Positions 1 to 12,666 of a stretch of 64,000 bases of DNA are shown here, piece by piece. Under the pieces are notes generated by a model. It saw nothing but the letters and a program-made list of their open reading frames with translations, was not told the origin of the DNA and ran no database searches. Source of the stretch: Octopus vulgaris. Lineage: Eukaryota. The DNA lies in the NCBI GenBank assembly GCA_951406725.2, contig OX597826.1, positions 49,104,001-49,168,000 of the forward strand. The letters are read 5' to 3'. Position 1 is the first letter of the stretch; each line of letters opens with the position of its first letter. Both the position numbers and the translations under genes were made by a program.

Positions 1-479
1 GGTTAAAGTTTCTTTTTTCCTTTTTTTTTTTACTTTTTTTGGTTTTTGCAATTGTGAATCTGGATGAAGGAACACAACCCATGACCCTTGCAAGTTTTCT
101 GAGACAAGACAGTTTGATACCGTTAATGCTCTTTTTAAGCCGTATCAGATTAACACTTATAATAAGAACTGAAGACTCTGGAGGGATTATGTTGTGGGGT
201 TGAAGGACTAGAAATAACGATTCGTGCAGGACCTACGTGTTTGATGCACCAGTAGTGCAAGAGATGGAAAGAAGAGTGCTATGCACGAATCTCTAGCCTT
301 CTGTGTCTCTTTTGCTACTTCAGCCGACTCCAAAATTATGTGTATATATATATTCTTTGAACTTCAGACGTTTCCGAAACTACACTGATTCTAGTCTTCA
401 TGACTGATGAAAGGTGTTCCACATTTGGTTCTCCTTTTCTGATTGATAATCGTTTCCATGTTCCATTTCCATTCTCATA

Positions 480-537
<58 letters not shown>

Positions 538-1147
538 ACACACACACACACACACACGCACACACATATATATACGCACATATGGGGCTGGCAATCGTCT
601 TCCCAAACTCACCAAGAAAATTATGCGTCCATTGTCAATCAAACTGACCGCTTTAGCTGTGTCCTACTTTATACTTCCACATACATACATACATACATAC
701 ATACATACATACATACACGCATACATACATACATACATACATGCATGCATACTTATATACATACACTATTTAGCTATAAGCTACTAACTCTCCGTGGACA
801 TATAAAATTTCTCAATCCTTCCCTGATGAATGTCTGAAGGCAAAAAACTAGTTTCAGCCCCTCTCTTCTGTCCAAACTAAGACACAAACCTGTTGTTAAA
901 TCACTTCGTGCGCACAGCAAGGTCAAAATCATGTTTTGTTTTGTTTTTATAACAGATAAAAAATCCTTACATGACATGTTTCTTTATTTAGGAAGACAGT
1001 GATGTTGGAAACTCTTGTAAAAAAGGGGAAAAAAAACCCACAAAAAACAAAGCTAAGAAAAAAATTTGACAAAAGATGAAATTCCAGGATTGTTAAGTTT
1101 AACAATAGGAATTGCTGTGTGCATATTTGTGTAGTGTAAGAACTAGA

Positions 1148-1433
1148 GGCGGCGGTGGCGGTGGCGGTGGAAGTGGTGGTGGTAGAGGCGGCGGTGGTGA
1201 TGGTGGTGGACGTGGCAGTAGTGGTGGTGGTGGTGGACGTGGCAGTAGTGGTGGTGGTGGTGGTGGTGGGAGAATTGGTTGTGGTGATGTTGAAGTTAGT
1301 ATTTGACAGGGATACTCGTGGTGACAGTACTAGCAGAGATGACGCGATAGTTGAACTAGTGGTGGTGGTGGTGGTAGTAGTAGTAGTAGCAGCAGCAGCA
1401 GCAGCAGTAGTAGCAGCTGCTGCTGCTGCTGCT

Positions 1434-1488
<55 letters not shown>

Positions 1489-1558
1489 CAGTAGTAATAG
1501 TAGTAGTAGTAGTAGTAGTAGTAGCGGCAGTAGTAATAGTAGTAGTAGTAGCAGTGGC

Positions 1559-1599
<41 letters not shown>

Positions 1600-1633
1600 C
1601 GGCAGTAGTAATAGTAGTAGTAGTAGCAGTGGC

Positions 1634-1686
<53 letters not shown>

Positions 1687-1836
1687 CAGCGGCAGTAGTA
1701 ATAGTAGTAGTAGCAGCAGCAGCAGTGGTGGTGGTGGTAGTGGTGGTAGTGGTGGTGGTGGTGGTGGTGTGTTGGTCTTCTTTGTGACGTTAGTCGTCGT
1801 GGTAATAGTAGGAGCAGTAGTAGCAGTAGCAGCAAC
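1148..1836. repeat. Compound trinucleotide array (GGT/GGC, then GTA/GCA) with higher-order duplicated blocks
   Basis: Read directly. The block GCGGCAGTAGTAATAGTAGTAGTAGTAGCAGTGGCA(GTA)n recurs at about 1524 and 1599, and partially at 1689. Confidence 0.95.
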
Positions 1837-2132
1837 AGTGAAGATTGATGGTAGTGGTGAATTAAGGCTGAAGGCCGAGGCTAGCGCAACAGGTTATTAT
1901 TTAGCTCCAGGTCAGTTTTGATTTCATCAGACCTTTGACCAAAGATGTCCCAACAGTCACGATCTCACCCCTTTCTCACTCTCTCTCTCTCTCTCTCTCT
2001 CTCAGTCTCTTTCATTCACTTTTTCTCTCTCTTTCTCTCATCTAAGGCATCCCTCCCAATCTTTCTTAAGACAATAGTGTAATTTGAAAGAGATTGGCTG
2101 CTATTTCTAGCGTATCGATCAACTATGTAGAG

Positions 2133-2236
2133 CAGGCATGAGCATCCTTTTTCGAGGAACCGGCCGCATTTGACACGACTCATCATCAGGCGGGCCACAC
2201 TAACAAGTCCCGCGGGCCACAGTTTGACCGGGCCTA
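2133..2236. mobile_element. Short hAT (Charlie/Buster-like) MITE remnant
   Basis: Ends CAGGC.../...GCCTA, internal GCGGGCCAC motifs, near-identical 8-bp flanks ATGTAGAG (2125-2132) and ACGTAGAG (2237-2244) with central TA. Confidence 0.6.
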
Positions 2237-2557
2237 ACGTAGAGACTCTCATTGGTTCCGTAACGCAATGAATCGGTTTTAATTAGTACAGGTAGAAGTG
2301 GGAGTAGAAGTAATTAAGGTGAGTGAGTGAGTAATGGGAATTGAGAGTGAGAATAAGTGAGAGAATAAGTAACCTTCATAGGGAAAAGTATTTAAAAAGA
2401 GTGGGAAAGCAATGGTGATAGTTATAGGTGGTGACGGTGAAGAAGGAGCAATGAGGGTGACCGGATGTTTGAGTGAGTGAGTGAGTGAGTGTGTGTGTGT
2501 GTATGAGAGAGACAGAGAGAGTGGGAGAGATAAAGAGAGATAAAAAGAAAAAAAAAC

Positions 2558-2562
2558 TGTCG

Positions 2563-2593
<31 letters not shown>

Positions 2594-2815
2594 ATGTTTG
2601 TGTGTCTGTGTTTGTACCCCCAACATCACTTGACAACCAATGCTGGTGTGTTTACGTCCCCGTAACTTAGCATTTCGGAAAAATATACCGATAGAATAAG
2701 TACTAGGATTGCAAAGAATAAATCCTGGGGGTCGACTCGCTCGACTAGAGGCGGTGCTCCAGCATGGCCGCAGTCAAATGACTGAAGCAAGTAAAAGAGT
2801 AAAAGGGTAAAAGAG
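2558..2815 (+). mobile_element. SINE family A, 3' half
   Basis: Matches the 3' half of the full copy at 7338-7735 and ends GGCGGTGCTCCAGCATGGCCGCAGTCAAATGACTGAAGC(AAGTAAAAGAG). Confidence 0.85.
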
Positions 2816-2886
2816 ATTCCGAGTGAGTTAAGGTATTAAAAGTGAAGAGAGGCAAGAATTGAATAAAATGAGTGAAGGCGGTGAGT

Positions 2887-2922
<36 letters not shown>

Positions 2923-3385
2923 AAAAGACACAGATGAAGAGAGAGAGAGTGAATAAATACGTGAATGTGTGATTGAGTGAAAGAGAAAGAGAAAGAGGAA
3001 GTGGGAGATAGCTGTCGTGTGAGTGAGAATGTGATGGAAGTAGTGGAAGGGGGAGATACGTGAGAGAAAGCGTGAGGGGAACTGGTTTGTGAGTGTAAGT
3101 GTGAGTGATGAATGAAAAATAAGGCGGGGAATACATGATCGAAAGGTTGTCAGTGAGTGAGAGAGAGAGATGGAATAGAGTGAGAAAGTGCTTTGAGAGT
3201 GAGGGTGAGTGTGAGTGTGAGAGAGAGAAGCGGGAGTAAAGTTTCCTTTAGAAAAGTTGTTAAGATGGAACGCGAAGCAGGCAAAGTGTTATATTGGACA
3301 CACAGACACAGAGAGCGACTGTGATAAGTATGGACAACTTACTGGTGCTGCACACACGCAGACGGTCTCGCAAGGGCTCGAGCGT

Positions 3386-3437
<52 letters not shown>

Positions 3438-3502
3438 ATATATATATATATACATACATACATGCATACATAAACACACACACACATATATATATGTAAA
3501 CA

Positions 3503-3701
3503 TATTCTTTTACTTGTTTCGGTCATTTGACTGCGGCCATGCTAGAGCACCGTCTTTTAGTCGAACAAATCGAGGATCCCCGAACTTATTGTTTGTTAAG
3601 CTTAGTGCTTATTCTATCGGTATCTTTTGTTGAAGTGCTAAGTTACGGGAACGTAAAACACACCGGCATCGGTTGTCAAGCGATGGTGGGAGTACAAACA
3701 G

Positions 3702-3773
<72 letters not shown>

Positions 3774-3883
3774 GACGGGCTTCTTTCAGTTTCCGTCTAC
3801 CAAATCCACTCACAAGGCTTTGGTAGGCGCGGGGCTATAGTAGAAGACACTTGCCCAAGGTGCCACGCAGTGGGACTGAACCC
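3503..3883 (-). mobile_element. SINE family A, 5'-truncated
   Basis: Reverse complement of 7338-7735, including the internal (TA)n(TG)n tract. Confidence 0.85.
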
Positions 3884-4007
3884 ATATTAATATATATATA
3901 TTGGTATGTGTGTGTGTACATATGTATATATATAAATATATATATATAATATATTCTTTTATACGTTTCAGCCCTAAGGCTGTGGCCATGCTGGAGCATC
4001 GCCAATA

Positions 4008-4042
<35 letters not shown>

Positions 4043-4106
4043 TGTATACAGTATTTATATATATGTATATATAAGTCCACTCTTAAATCACAAACACGCA
4101 CACACA

Positions 4107-4153
<47 letters not shown>

Positions 4154-4564
4154 ACACAAACGTTCGCACGCATGTGTGTTTATAGATAGATAGATATTAA
4201 TACGCTCGTTCTCACACATGCAAGCACACTTATACGATCTCTGTTTCGATTCCACAGTGGGAACATCTTGGTCCAATGCATTTTTTAGCGCATTCCTGGG
4301 ACTATACAAAAACTAGAAGAAAAAATTTGAACAGAATCTATGTGGAATGGATTTTACTTGCAATTCAGTGGGTCACTTCTTGTTACGTTGTCGTCTGTCA
4401 CTCAGTGGAATTTCTCAGCAACACATTTTCGCACGCCTACACTCTTGCAGTGCATGTGCGCGCGTGTGTGAGTGTGTGTGTGTGTCTAAGTATTTAAGCA
4501 TATGTATGTATTTATGTATAATGCTAATGTATATTTGCATATATTGTGTGTGTGTGGTGTGTCT

Positions 4565-4577
4565 GTACATACATACA

Positions 4578-4610
<33 letters not shown>

Positions 4611-4707
4611 GCATACATACATACATGCATACATGCATACATGCATACATACATATATGCATACATACATACATACATACATACATACATGCATGCATAC
4701 ATACATG

Positions 4708-4738
<31 letters not shown>

Positions 4739-4767
4739 GCATACATACAAACACACATACATACACG

Positions 4768-4799
<32 letters not shown>

Positions 4800-4940
4800 C
4801 ATACATATATACATACATACATACATACACACATACATACACGCATACATACATACATACATCCATACACACACACACACATACATACATACATACATAC
4901 ATACATACATACATACATACATACATACATACATACATAC
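4565..4940. repeat. (TACA)n tetranucleotide microsatellite
   Basis: Read directly; source of the HTYI/MYVC pseudo-ORFs. Confidence 0.95.
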
Positions 4941-5216
4941 CCTGTTGTTGGTGTTGAAATTCCAATGAAGGAGCCTTGGATCTAGGTTAGAAACCGGCTC
5001 TTTCTCTATTGACAAGAAGTCTTGAAATAAAACTGAATAATGGCATACGTACGTACATTAAAATACTCGCACATCGAAACATAAATAATTAACACACACA
5101 CACATACAAAAACCGTTAATGTGCATACGTACATTGTACAAATAGCACACACTCACTCACATATGCGATCTCACACACACATATACACTCACGTATATAT
5201 TCACACACACACACAC

Positions 5217-5250
<34 letters not shown>

Positions 5251-5714
5251 CGTTTGTAAGTAGCGGAGAACACGCACAAGCATACACAACACTTAGCAAA
5301 ATCTGCTAGCGTGTTATCAAGCGCACACACACACAATCACACGCTTTCATACACATGCACACACGCATTGATAAACACACACACACACACACACACACAT
5401 GCACAAACGGACACACGGACACGCATACTTAAAAGCAGTGATTAAAGCGGGTACACGCATTTACTCATTTAATAAAAGCGAGAGAAGCAAAGTTGGAAGC
5501 TTGCTTCCCAACCACATGGTTCCGGGTTCAGTCCCACTGCGTGGGAGACCTTGGCCAAGTGTTTTCTGCTCTTGTCCTACCTAAGCCAACCAAAACCTTG
5601 CAAGTGGGTTTTGTTAAGAGAAACTGAGAGAATCCTATCATACACACGCACACACACACACACACAAAGCCCCCCCCACACACACACACACACACACACA
5701 TGATGGATTCTCCC

Positions 5715-5960
5715 GTCGAATTTAGACGACGCGTGTGTTCAAGTTTGGCAGAACGACCTGCACAAATGATTTCGTGCCGTTCATTAACTCATTCCCTTCT
5801 GTCTGAACAGTTGCACGGTGTACCACGTGTCTGGTGTCGAAGTGATCGCTGGGCAACGTCAGACGAAGTTTTTTACTCAAGAACGCAGGAATCAAGAATT
5901 GAAACCACGTCCTCGTGCTCGGGAGAACAGCACCCTAACCTCTAAGCCATGCGTTCTCAC
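5715..5960 (-). mobile_element. Diverged tRNA-derived SINE
   Basis: Minus strand begins GAGAACGCATGGCTTAGAGGTTAGGGTGCT...GGTTTCAATTC (pol III A/B-box-like), then GTTCTTGAGTAAAAAACTT, as in family D heads. Confidence 0.6.
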
Positions 5961-5961
5961 A

Positions 5962-6160
5962 TTTATTTTCCTCTCTCTGTTTTGTTTTTTGTTTGCTTTT
6001 TTTTTCGTTCTCTATTTGTTTCGTTTCAATCGCTTCTATTGAAGAGCGTAGGCTCGAAACGTCAAACACTTTTCCATTCTTCCCGAGCGTCAAACTGATA
6101 TATCTGCTTGATGTTCCTTCACCTGTCTTCGTCTTTTGCTTTCTGTAAATTTGAATTATA
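5962..6160 (+). mobile_element. Short Penelope-LTR-like repeat carrying a minimal hammerhead-like motif (copy 1 of 4)
   Basis: CTATTGA-A-GAGC-GTAG-GCTC-GAAA-CG-TC at 6036-6063. The downstream ~100 bp is homologous to the copies at 46593-46965 and 61385-61535. Confidence 0.6.
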
Positions 6161-6204
6161 TATCTGTATATATATAAACACACACACACACATACATCGT
6201 TTCT

Positions 6205-6640
6205 GCTCATTATCCCTGGGAAGGTCGATGGGATACAATCCTATCCTCAGGCACTTCCCCCATAGAGTCCTATTAGAAACAAACGTCATTAGATTTTCCG
6301 GCTGGATTCCCAAATTCGACTAACTGTGAATATGGATATTATCCAACTGTCATATTCTTGGTCAACCGCTAAGTCTACTTCCAGTTGGTTTGGCTTGAAG
6401 AATCCATCTTTACCATTCTTTACAGCGACACTCTAATCACATGTCCGTAGTACTTGAATCGTCACTTCTCAATGCGAAGAAGTAGCGGCTCGAACGGGAG
6501 AGACTCTCTGAACTCCGGTCTACGTACCCTTGTTGAGTAACATTACCACAGGTATCCTTCGGAGGAATCCCACTTCGGCCGCTGATATTCGCGATCCTAC
6601 TTTTTCAGAACGATAAAAGGAAGATGGTCACGAAAACCGA
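6205..6640 (-). pseudogene. RTE-clade LINE ORF 3' fragment, frameshifted
   Basis: Minus-strand translation gives ..SRISAAEVGFLRRI.., ..EPLLLRIEK.., ..YYGHVIR.. and ..GIQPENLMTFVSNRTLWGKCL. This is the typical post-RT C-terminus of RTE elements. Confidence 0.75.
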
Positions 6641-6909
6641 ACTGAAGATAGTAGGTTTGACTTTGTGTGTGTATGTGTATGTGTGTGTGTGCGCGCGCGC
6701 GTGTGTTTGTATACATGCGCATGTGTGTGTGCGTGTGCGCGAGCGTGAGTGTGTGTGTGTGTGTGTGTATCTGTTACCTATATCAAAGTACATACTGATG
6801 TAGAATCATATACATGGTCTTTGGATAGGGGCCATGCTAGTGCACCTCTTTATGGGTTTAGTCGAATTTATTGTCTCCAAGACTAGACTGGTACGTTTAT
6901 TAAACTGAC

Positions 6910-6945
<36 letters not shown>

Positions 6946-7337
6946 AGTGGTTGATGTATAGAGTTGAAGTGTCAGCTATAGATGAATGCAAAAAAATATC
7001 GGCTTACCGGAAAGTTATTCAAAACCCGATATACACAGTGCATTCATTCGTTCAGAAACACAAACAAATACATCTCATTTCCTTTTCTAAAGCACATCTG
7101 CCAGTCTTGGAATCACGTCATTGAAAACATCGCTACCAAGTGAAACATAGCCTATGTGGCGAAAGTAGGCATCGGGGCATAGCAGCAACACTAATTTGTG
7201 TGCAAATGAAAAGCTCAAAATTCTTACTCTGAAAGTTAACATCCTAAACAGAGAAAAGAAATCCTCTCATTCTGTTTACGCACAAGAAAATTCATGCGAC
7301 GAATTTTGAGAATTTTTAGACTAATATCTAGTTGAAT

Positions 7338-7735
7338 AGCGCAGGAGTGGCTGTGTGGTAAGTAGCTTGTTTACCAACCACATGGTTCCGGGTTCAGTCC
7401 CACTGCGTGGCACCTTGGGCAAGTGTCTTCTACTATAGCCTCGGGCCGACCAAAGCCTTGTGAGTGGATTTGGTAGACGGAAACTGAAAGAAGCCTGTCG
7501 TATATATTTATATATATATATATGCGTGTGTGTTTGTGTATGTGTTTGTCCCCCTAGCATTGCTTGACAACCGATGCTGGTGTGTTTATGTCCCCGTTAC
7601 TAAGCGGTTCGGCAAAAGAGACCGATAGAATAAGTACTGGGTTTACAAAAGAATAAGTCCCGGGGTCGAGTTGTTCGATTAAAGGCGGTGCTCCAGCATG
7701 GCCGCAGTCAAATGACTGAAACAAGTAAAAGAGTA
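7338..7735 (+). mobile_element. SINE family A, full length (tRNA head, CORE-like segment, internal microsatellite, LINE-derived tail)
   Basis: Head GCGCAGGAGTGGCTGTGTGGTAAG...GGTTCAGTCCC; CACCTTGGGCAAGTGTCTT resembles the CORE-SINE domain; more than 15 related copies in the window. Confidence 0.9.
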
Positions 7736-7976
7736 CCCAGATTGACAGGCACCTACAATCGGGACAATCACCACCCATAATCAAGCCAATTTAACAAATC
7801 TCTCCGATTCTTTTTTTTTTGTTTTTAACCCATTTGTACCTCGATTTTCTCTTCGTTTCTCCAATCTTTTGCGCTCTTTCGTACCTCTCCACCACTTTCC
7901 CGCGACTGGATGAGCCTGAACAGCTGGATATGGATAAGATTAAAGTTCTGTTTCCTTCTAAGGGAGAGCCCATAAA

Positions 7977-8132
7977 TAGGGCCGCAAAGTAAAATTAGGC
8001 AAGAACAAAATGATTTTCGATTCCTAGAAATTGGCAAAGAGTCTTCTGAAAATTCTTAAGTACTGTGAGATCTTTTTTGGCGAGTCTGGTGAGGGGAAGA
8101 GACCCGACTGATAGTCGCTAGTCCCGGCCCTA
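7977..8132. mobile_element. Possible hAT-type MITE remnant
   Basis: Terminal inverted TAGGGCCG...CGGCCCTA; no matching TSD seen. Confidence 0.35.
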
Positions 8133-8154
8133 TCGTTTGAACAATATATTGTTC

Positions 8155-8556
8155 GCTGAGATAGCAGAAACGTTAGCACGCCGGGCAAAATGCTTAGCGG
8201 TATTTCGTCTGTCTTTACGTTCCGAGTTCAAATTCCGCCGAGGTCGACTTTGTCTCTCATCCTTTCGGGGTCGATAAATTAAGTACCAGTTACGCACTGG
8301 GAGTCGATGTAATCGACTTAAAACCTATGTCTGTCCTTGTTTGTCCCCTCTATGTTTAGCCCCTAGTGGGTAATAAAGAAATAGGTATTTCGTCTGTCTT
8401 TACGTTCTGAGTCCAAATTCCGCCGAGGTTGGCTTTGCTTTTCATCCTTTCAGGGGTCGATGAATTAAGTACCAGTTGCGTAGTGGGGTCGATCTAATCG
8501 ACAAGCCCCCCCCCACTCTCCAAACATTTCCGGCCTTGTGCCTTGAGTAGAAAAGA
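8155..8556 (+). mobile_element. SINE family B (Meta-domain-like core), dimeric form
   Basis: tRNA-like head (GCAGAAACGTTAGCAC...GAGTTCAAATTCC) and core GGTCGACTTTG.CT.TCATCCTTTCGGGGTCGATAAATTAAGTACC. The body restarts after TAAAGAAATAG at about 8385. Confidence 0.85.
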
Positions 8557-8676
8557 ACATGTCGTTTGAACATACCCGATACAGACTTTGCCTCCAACAA
8601 CATTAAATATAAGAATCGTTTTCTATTCTGAGCAATGCTAAATGTAACTTGGTTCCCATTTGTATTCATTTTCAGT

Positions 8677-9131
<455 letters not shown>

Positions 9132-9415
9132 CATACATACATACATATATACACGCACAGACACACACAAACACACAAACACATATTGTTGATACCCTAA
9201 GAATAAATAAACTATTGAGAGACTGAAATAATTCTTTCTTGGAAAAATGGATCTCGAAGTAAACAAAGCTATAAATAATAGTTTGTAAATAATTGTACTG
9301 GAAAAATCCTTTTGGATAGATAGAAAAAGTCGAAAGCTCCACATGAGACACAAAACTACATTTCCTGCAGCTCATCTTAGGCGGCGTGTGTGTGTGAGTG
9401 TGTGTGTGCGCGTGC

Positions 9416-9495
<80 letters not shown>

Positions 9496-9680
9496 ATGCG
9501 TGTTTTATCTGGGATTTATTTAAGTTTTTCCACATGGAGGTCGCTAACAAAGTGACAAGACCTTTTGAATGAAAACAGTTCCGGGTGTTTGTAAATGTGT
9601 GGTTGAGTTTTGTGTGTGTGTGTGTGCATATATGTAGGTGTACGCACCCGCAATTGTGTTCTGTGTGAACATGTCTCTTT

Positions 9681-9717
<37 letters not shown>

Positions 9718-10016
9718 GTGTGTTTGTCTGTGTGTTTGTTTGTGTGTGTGTGTGCCTGTGTGTGTGATTATTTTTTTACATATATATGTAGATATATATC
9801 CATGTACACACATACATATATCAGCACAGGCATATATACACATTAAATATGTATATATATATACACACATATACACACACGCACATATATATGCGCACAC
9901 ACACACACACACATACACACACACACATACACATATGAAGCTATATAAAGCGTTATACATTTACAGAAACCACAAAAATATATAAATTTGTGTATGCGTG
10001 AGTGCATTTACTCCTC

Positions 10017-10081
<65 letters not shown>

Positions 10082-10699
10082 AGTGCATCCGTTTCTCTGT
10101 TTAAGTTTTCACCTGTCAAACACTTAAGAAAAATAAGAGAGATACAATTTTGTTTACGTTAGACTCTCTCTTTCCCTCTCTCTCTCTTTCTCCCTCTCTC
10201 TTTCTCTCTCTCTCTTTCTCTGTCCCGTCAACCAGCGGTTCAACAGCTAGAGATCGATAAAAATACGTACCAGACTGAAACAAGAACTTTTCGTATCGAT
10301 ATTGAATGATCGATTAACTTTCCTGGCCCACCTCATTTCCACACTTTTCACACCTCGAAGTCCTCCAAATATTTTAAAACCAAACAAGAGAGAGAGAGAA
10401 AGAATGACAATTCACAAGAGAGCTGCGAGATTTTAACGAGCGAACACACAGACACAGCGATAGAAGCTCAGTCACTTACGTAGATTAACGGTGACTGTTA
10501 ACTGCTCTCTGCTTGCATGGCGAGAACAGGGTCAAAGAAAGAGGCTTCAATTTGAGCAAACAAATTGCTAGAAATAACACACAAAAATCTCCGTCGGAAC
10601 TTCAGGGATGGCCATAATTCGCGTTATCCATTTCTAATAATAATAATAACAATAATAAAGAAATGGGTAAAGCGACTTATGACCATCCCTCAAGTTAGG

Positions 10700-11370
10700 T
10701 CACACTGCATCGCGGCACCTTGAGCTAGTGTCTTCTATTACTTATTTCTTTATTGCCCACAAGGGGCTAAACATAGAGGGGACAAACAAGGACAGACAAA
10801 GGGATTAAGTCGATTACATCGACCCCCCAGTGCGTAACTGGTACTTCATTTATCGACCCCGAAAGGATGAAAGGCAAAGTCGACCTCGGCAAACCCTTCC
10901 GATCTGACGAATGCCTTGTGAGTAAATTTGGTAGACGGAAACTGTGTGGAAGCCCATACACACACATGTCTATGTGTGTAAGTCTTTGTGTCCGTGTTTG
11001 TCACTCCTCTCAGCCAACCACTTGACAACTGTTGATGGTTTGCTTACGTCCTATGTAACTTAGCGGTTCGGCAAAAGAAACCGGTGGAATACGTACCTGA
11101 CTTTTTTTTAAAAAGCGGTTCAACAACTAGAGATCTATAAAATACATGAAAGACTGAAACGAGAACTTGGATAAATAAATAAATAAATAAATATTAGAGT
11201 CGATTCATTCGACTAAAATTTTTTCAAGGCGGTGCTTCAGCATGGCCGCAGTCTGATATCAGAAAAAAGTAAAAGATAAAAAATACTAGGGTCGATTTGT
11301 TCGACTAAAGCCCCTTGAGCTGATGCTCCAGCATGACCGCAGTTCAACAAATGAAACAAGTAAAACAAAA
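10700..11370 (+). mobile_element. Nested SINE cluster: family A pieces interrupted by a minus-strand family B 3' fragment (10741-10889)
   Basis: The family A sequence GTGTCTTCTA... is broken by the reverse complement of the family B tail and resumes at about 10900; the A tail occurs twice (about 11230 and 11320). Confidence 0.75.
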
Positions 11371-11376
11371 GACAGT

Positions 11377-11695
11377 GGAGGCACATGGCCTAGTGGTTAG
11401 AGCAGTTTACTCGCGGTCGAGGGATCGCGGGTCCGAATCTGAGACCGGGCGATGTGTGTGTGTGTGTGTTTTTGAGGGAACCACCTAAGCTCCACGCGGC
11501 TCCGACAGAAGGTAATGGCGAAACTTGTGCTGACTCTTTCGCCACAACTTTCTCTCATTCTTTCCTCCTGCATCTTGCAGAGTTCACCTGCGACGAACCG
11601 ACGTCTCTTCCAGGTGGGGAACCTATACGCCAAGGAAACCGGGAAGCCGGCCCTTATGAGCCAGGCGTGGCTCGAGAAGGAACAGACAACAACAA
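11377..11695 (+). mobile_element. SINE family C (tRNA head, V-domain-like core)
   Basis: GGAGGCACATGGCCTAGTGGTTAGAGCAG...GGGTCCGAATC head; GCGACGAACCGACGTCTCTTCCAGG core; (CAA)n tail; homologous to 60768-61075. Confidence 0.8.
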
Positions 11696-11846
11696 AAGAC
11701 AAAATAAAATTTGCTGTTGTAATTACGTGGAAGGATATATATATAAAAATATAGGTCTGAATCGTTTTTGTCCTTCGAAATTGGCTGAGCCAAACCACTG
11801 TCTCGATCCATTCGTTTCTCTATGTCAGGTCACCCTCGTTGTGTGT

Positions 11847-12179
11847 CAGGCCCGTAGCCAGACTTTGGTGCCTGGAAGCGCTTCAGACAGAATATTCTCG
11901 TTGGGCGCTAATTTGGAATAATGCGAAGGAGGAATTTAGAAATACTATCGTGGACGAAAGTTTGGAACATTTTTTGTTAAATCGAAATTGTTATGCACAG
12001 TATACACTGCGACCAAATATAAACTTTGGGCATTTAACATACCAATTCTAATTTTCAGACCTATGTTCCAAACTTTTAGCTATGGCTGTAAGTATACCAA
12101 TGTAAATCTGGGGGTGGACCATTGAATAGTAAGGGGAGTAGTGCCGTCCAGTGCAGCCCCTTAGCGACCGACGGGCATA
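11847..12179. mobile_element. hAT-like MITE
   Basis: Imperfect TIRs CAGGCCCGT.../...ACGGGCATA; 8-bp flanks TTGTGTGT (11839-11846) and TCGTGTGT (12180-12187). Confidence 0.55.
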
Positions 12180-12232
12180 TCGTGTGTACAACTCGGTTGA
12201 CATGCAGGTTTAGACAGTTCAGAAAACATGTC

Positions 12233-12666
12233 GGATCTTTTCGGTTTGAACGGCAGTTTTTTTCTAGCTGTCCATATGAAATTGTCCCCCATAATTATGA
12301 CCCTAGTATCGATCTATTGCATTTTAATCTGTTTTAGGGTTAGGATTAGAGGGGTTAGTTAGGGTTGGGGGGAAGGGTATCTTTTTTTCTTCAGAAATGT
12401 AAATAAACCCAATCTGTTTCTTAAACGAGGGACATATTCATGCGGCACAGAATGTTTTCACCTCAATAGACGTCATTGATTGGTTGAAATCGCAGAAATT
12501 AATGAAAAAAAACAAAACAAATATCTTACAAACCATAGAATTTTCTCAATAGAACCAAGAGAAAAAGATGTTTTATAAACACATTCTACCAGTATACGAA
12601 ATTTAAAAGTGGTTAGTTACGTGGAAATTATTTTTAAAAAAACTGCCGGTCAAACCGAAAAGATCC
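12233..12666. mobile_element. MITE with ~30-bp TIRs and 8-bp TSD (Merlin-like)
   Basis: TIRs GGATCTTTTCGGTTTGAACGGCAGTTTTTT and AAAAAACTGCCGGTCAAACCGAAAAGATCC; flanks AACATGTC and AACATTTC. GG termini with an 8-bp TSD fit Merlin, but the superfamily is inferred. Confidence 0.8.

Noticed and set aside
818-860. CTGATGA-A-TGTC-TGAA-GGCA-AAAAA-CTAG-TT as a hammerhead
   Set aside because: No GAAA box and no stem I pairing; at best a heavily decayed relic.
1155-1835. 210-aa poly-Val/Ala and 159-aa poly-Tyr/Cys/His ORFs
   Set aside because: Translations of a trinucleotide array, with no complex sequence or splice context.
2145-2195. Minus-strand CTGATGA...CTCGAAA inside the hAT MITE
   Set aside because: No stem III, cleavage triplet or stem I can be formed.
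4347-5015. Six overlapping 140-212 aa ORFs, and the many similar [12 protein letters not shown] ORFs across the window
   Set aside because: Stop-free microsatellites ((TACA)n, (TA)n, (CA)n) are open in several frames at once.
4941-5040. CCAATGA...AGCCT/AGGTT-A-GAAA-CCGG as a hammerhead relic
   Set aside because: The core box has two mismatches and stem I is unconvincing.
11454-11921. 155-aa ORF with normal-looking composition
   Set aside because: It runs through a family C SINE and into a MITE.
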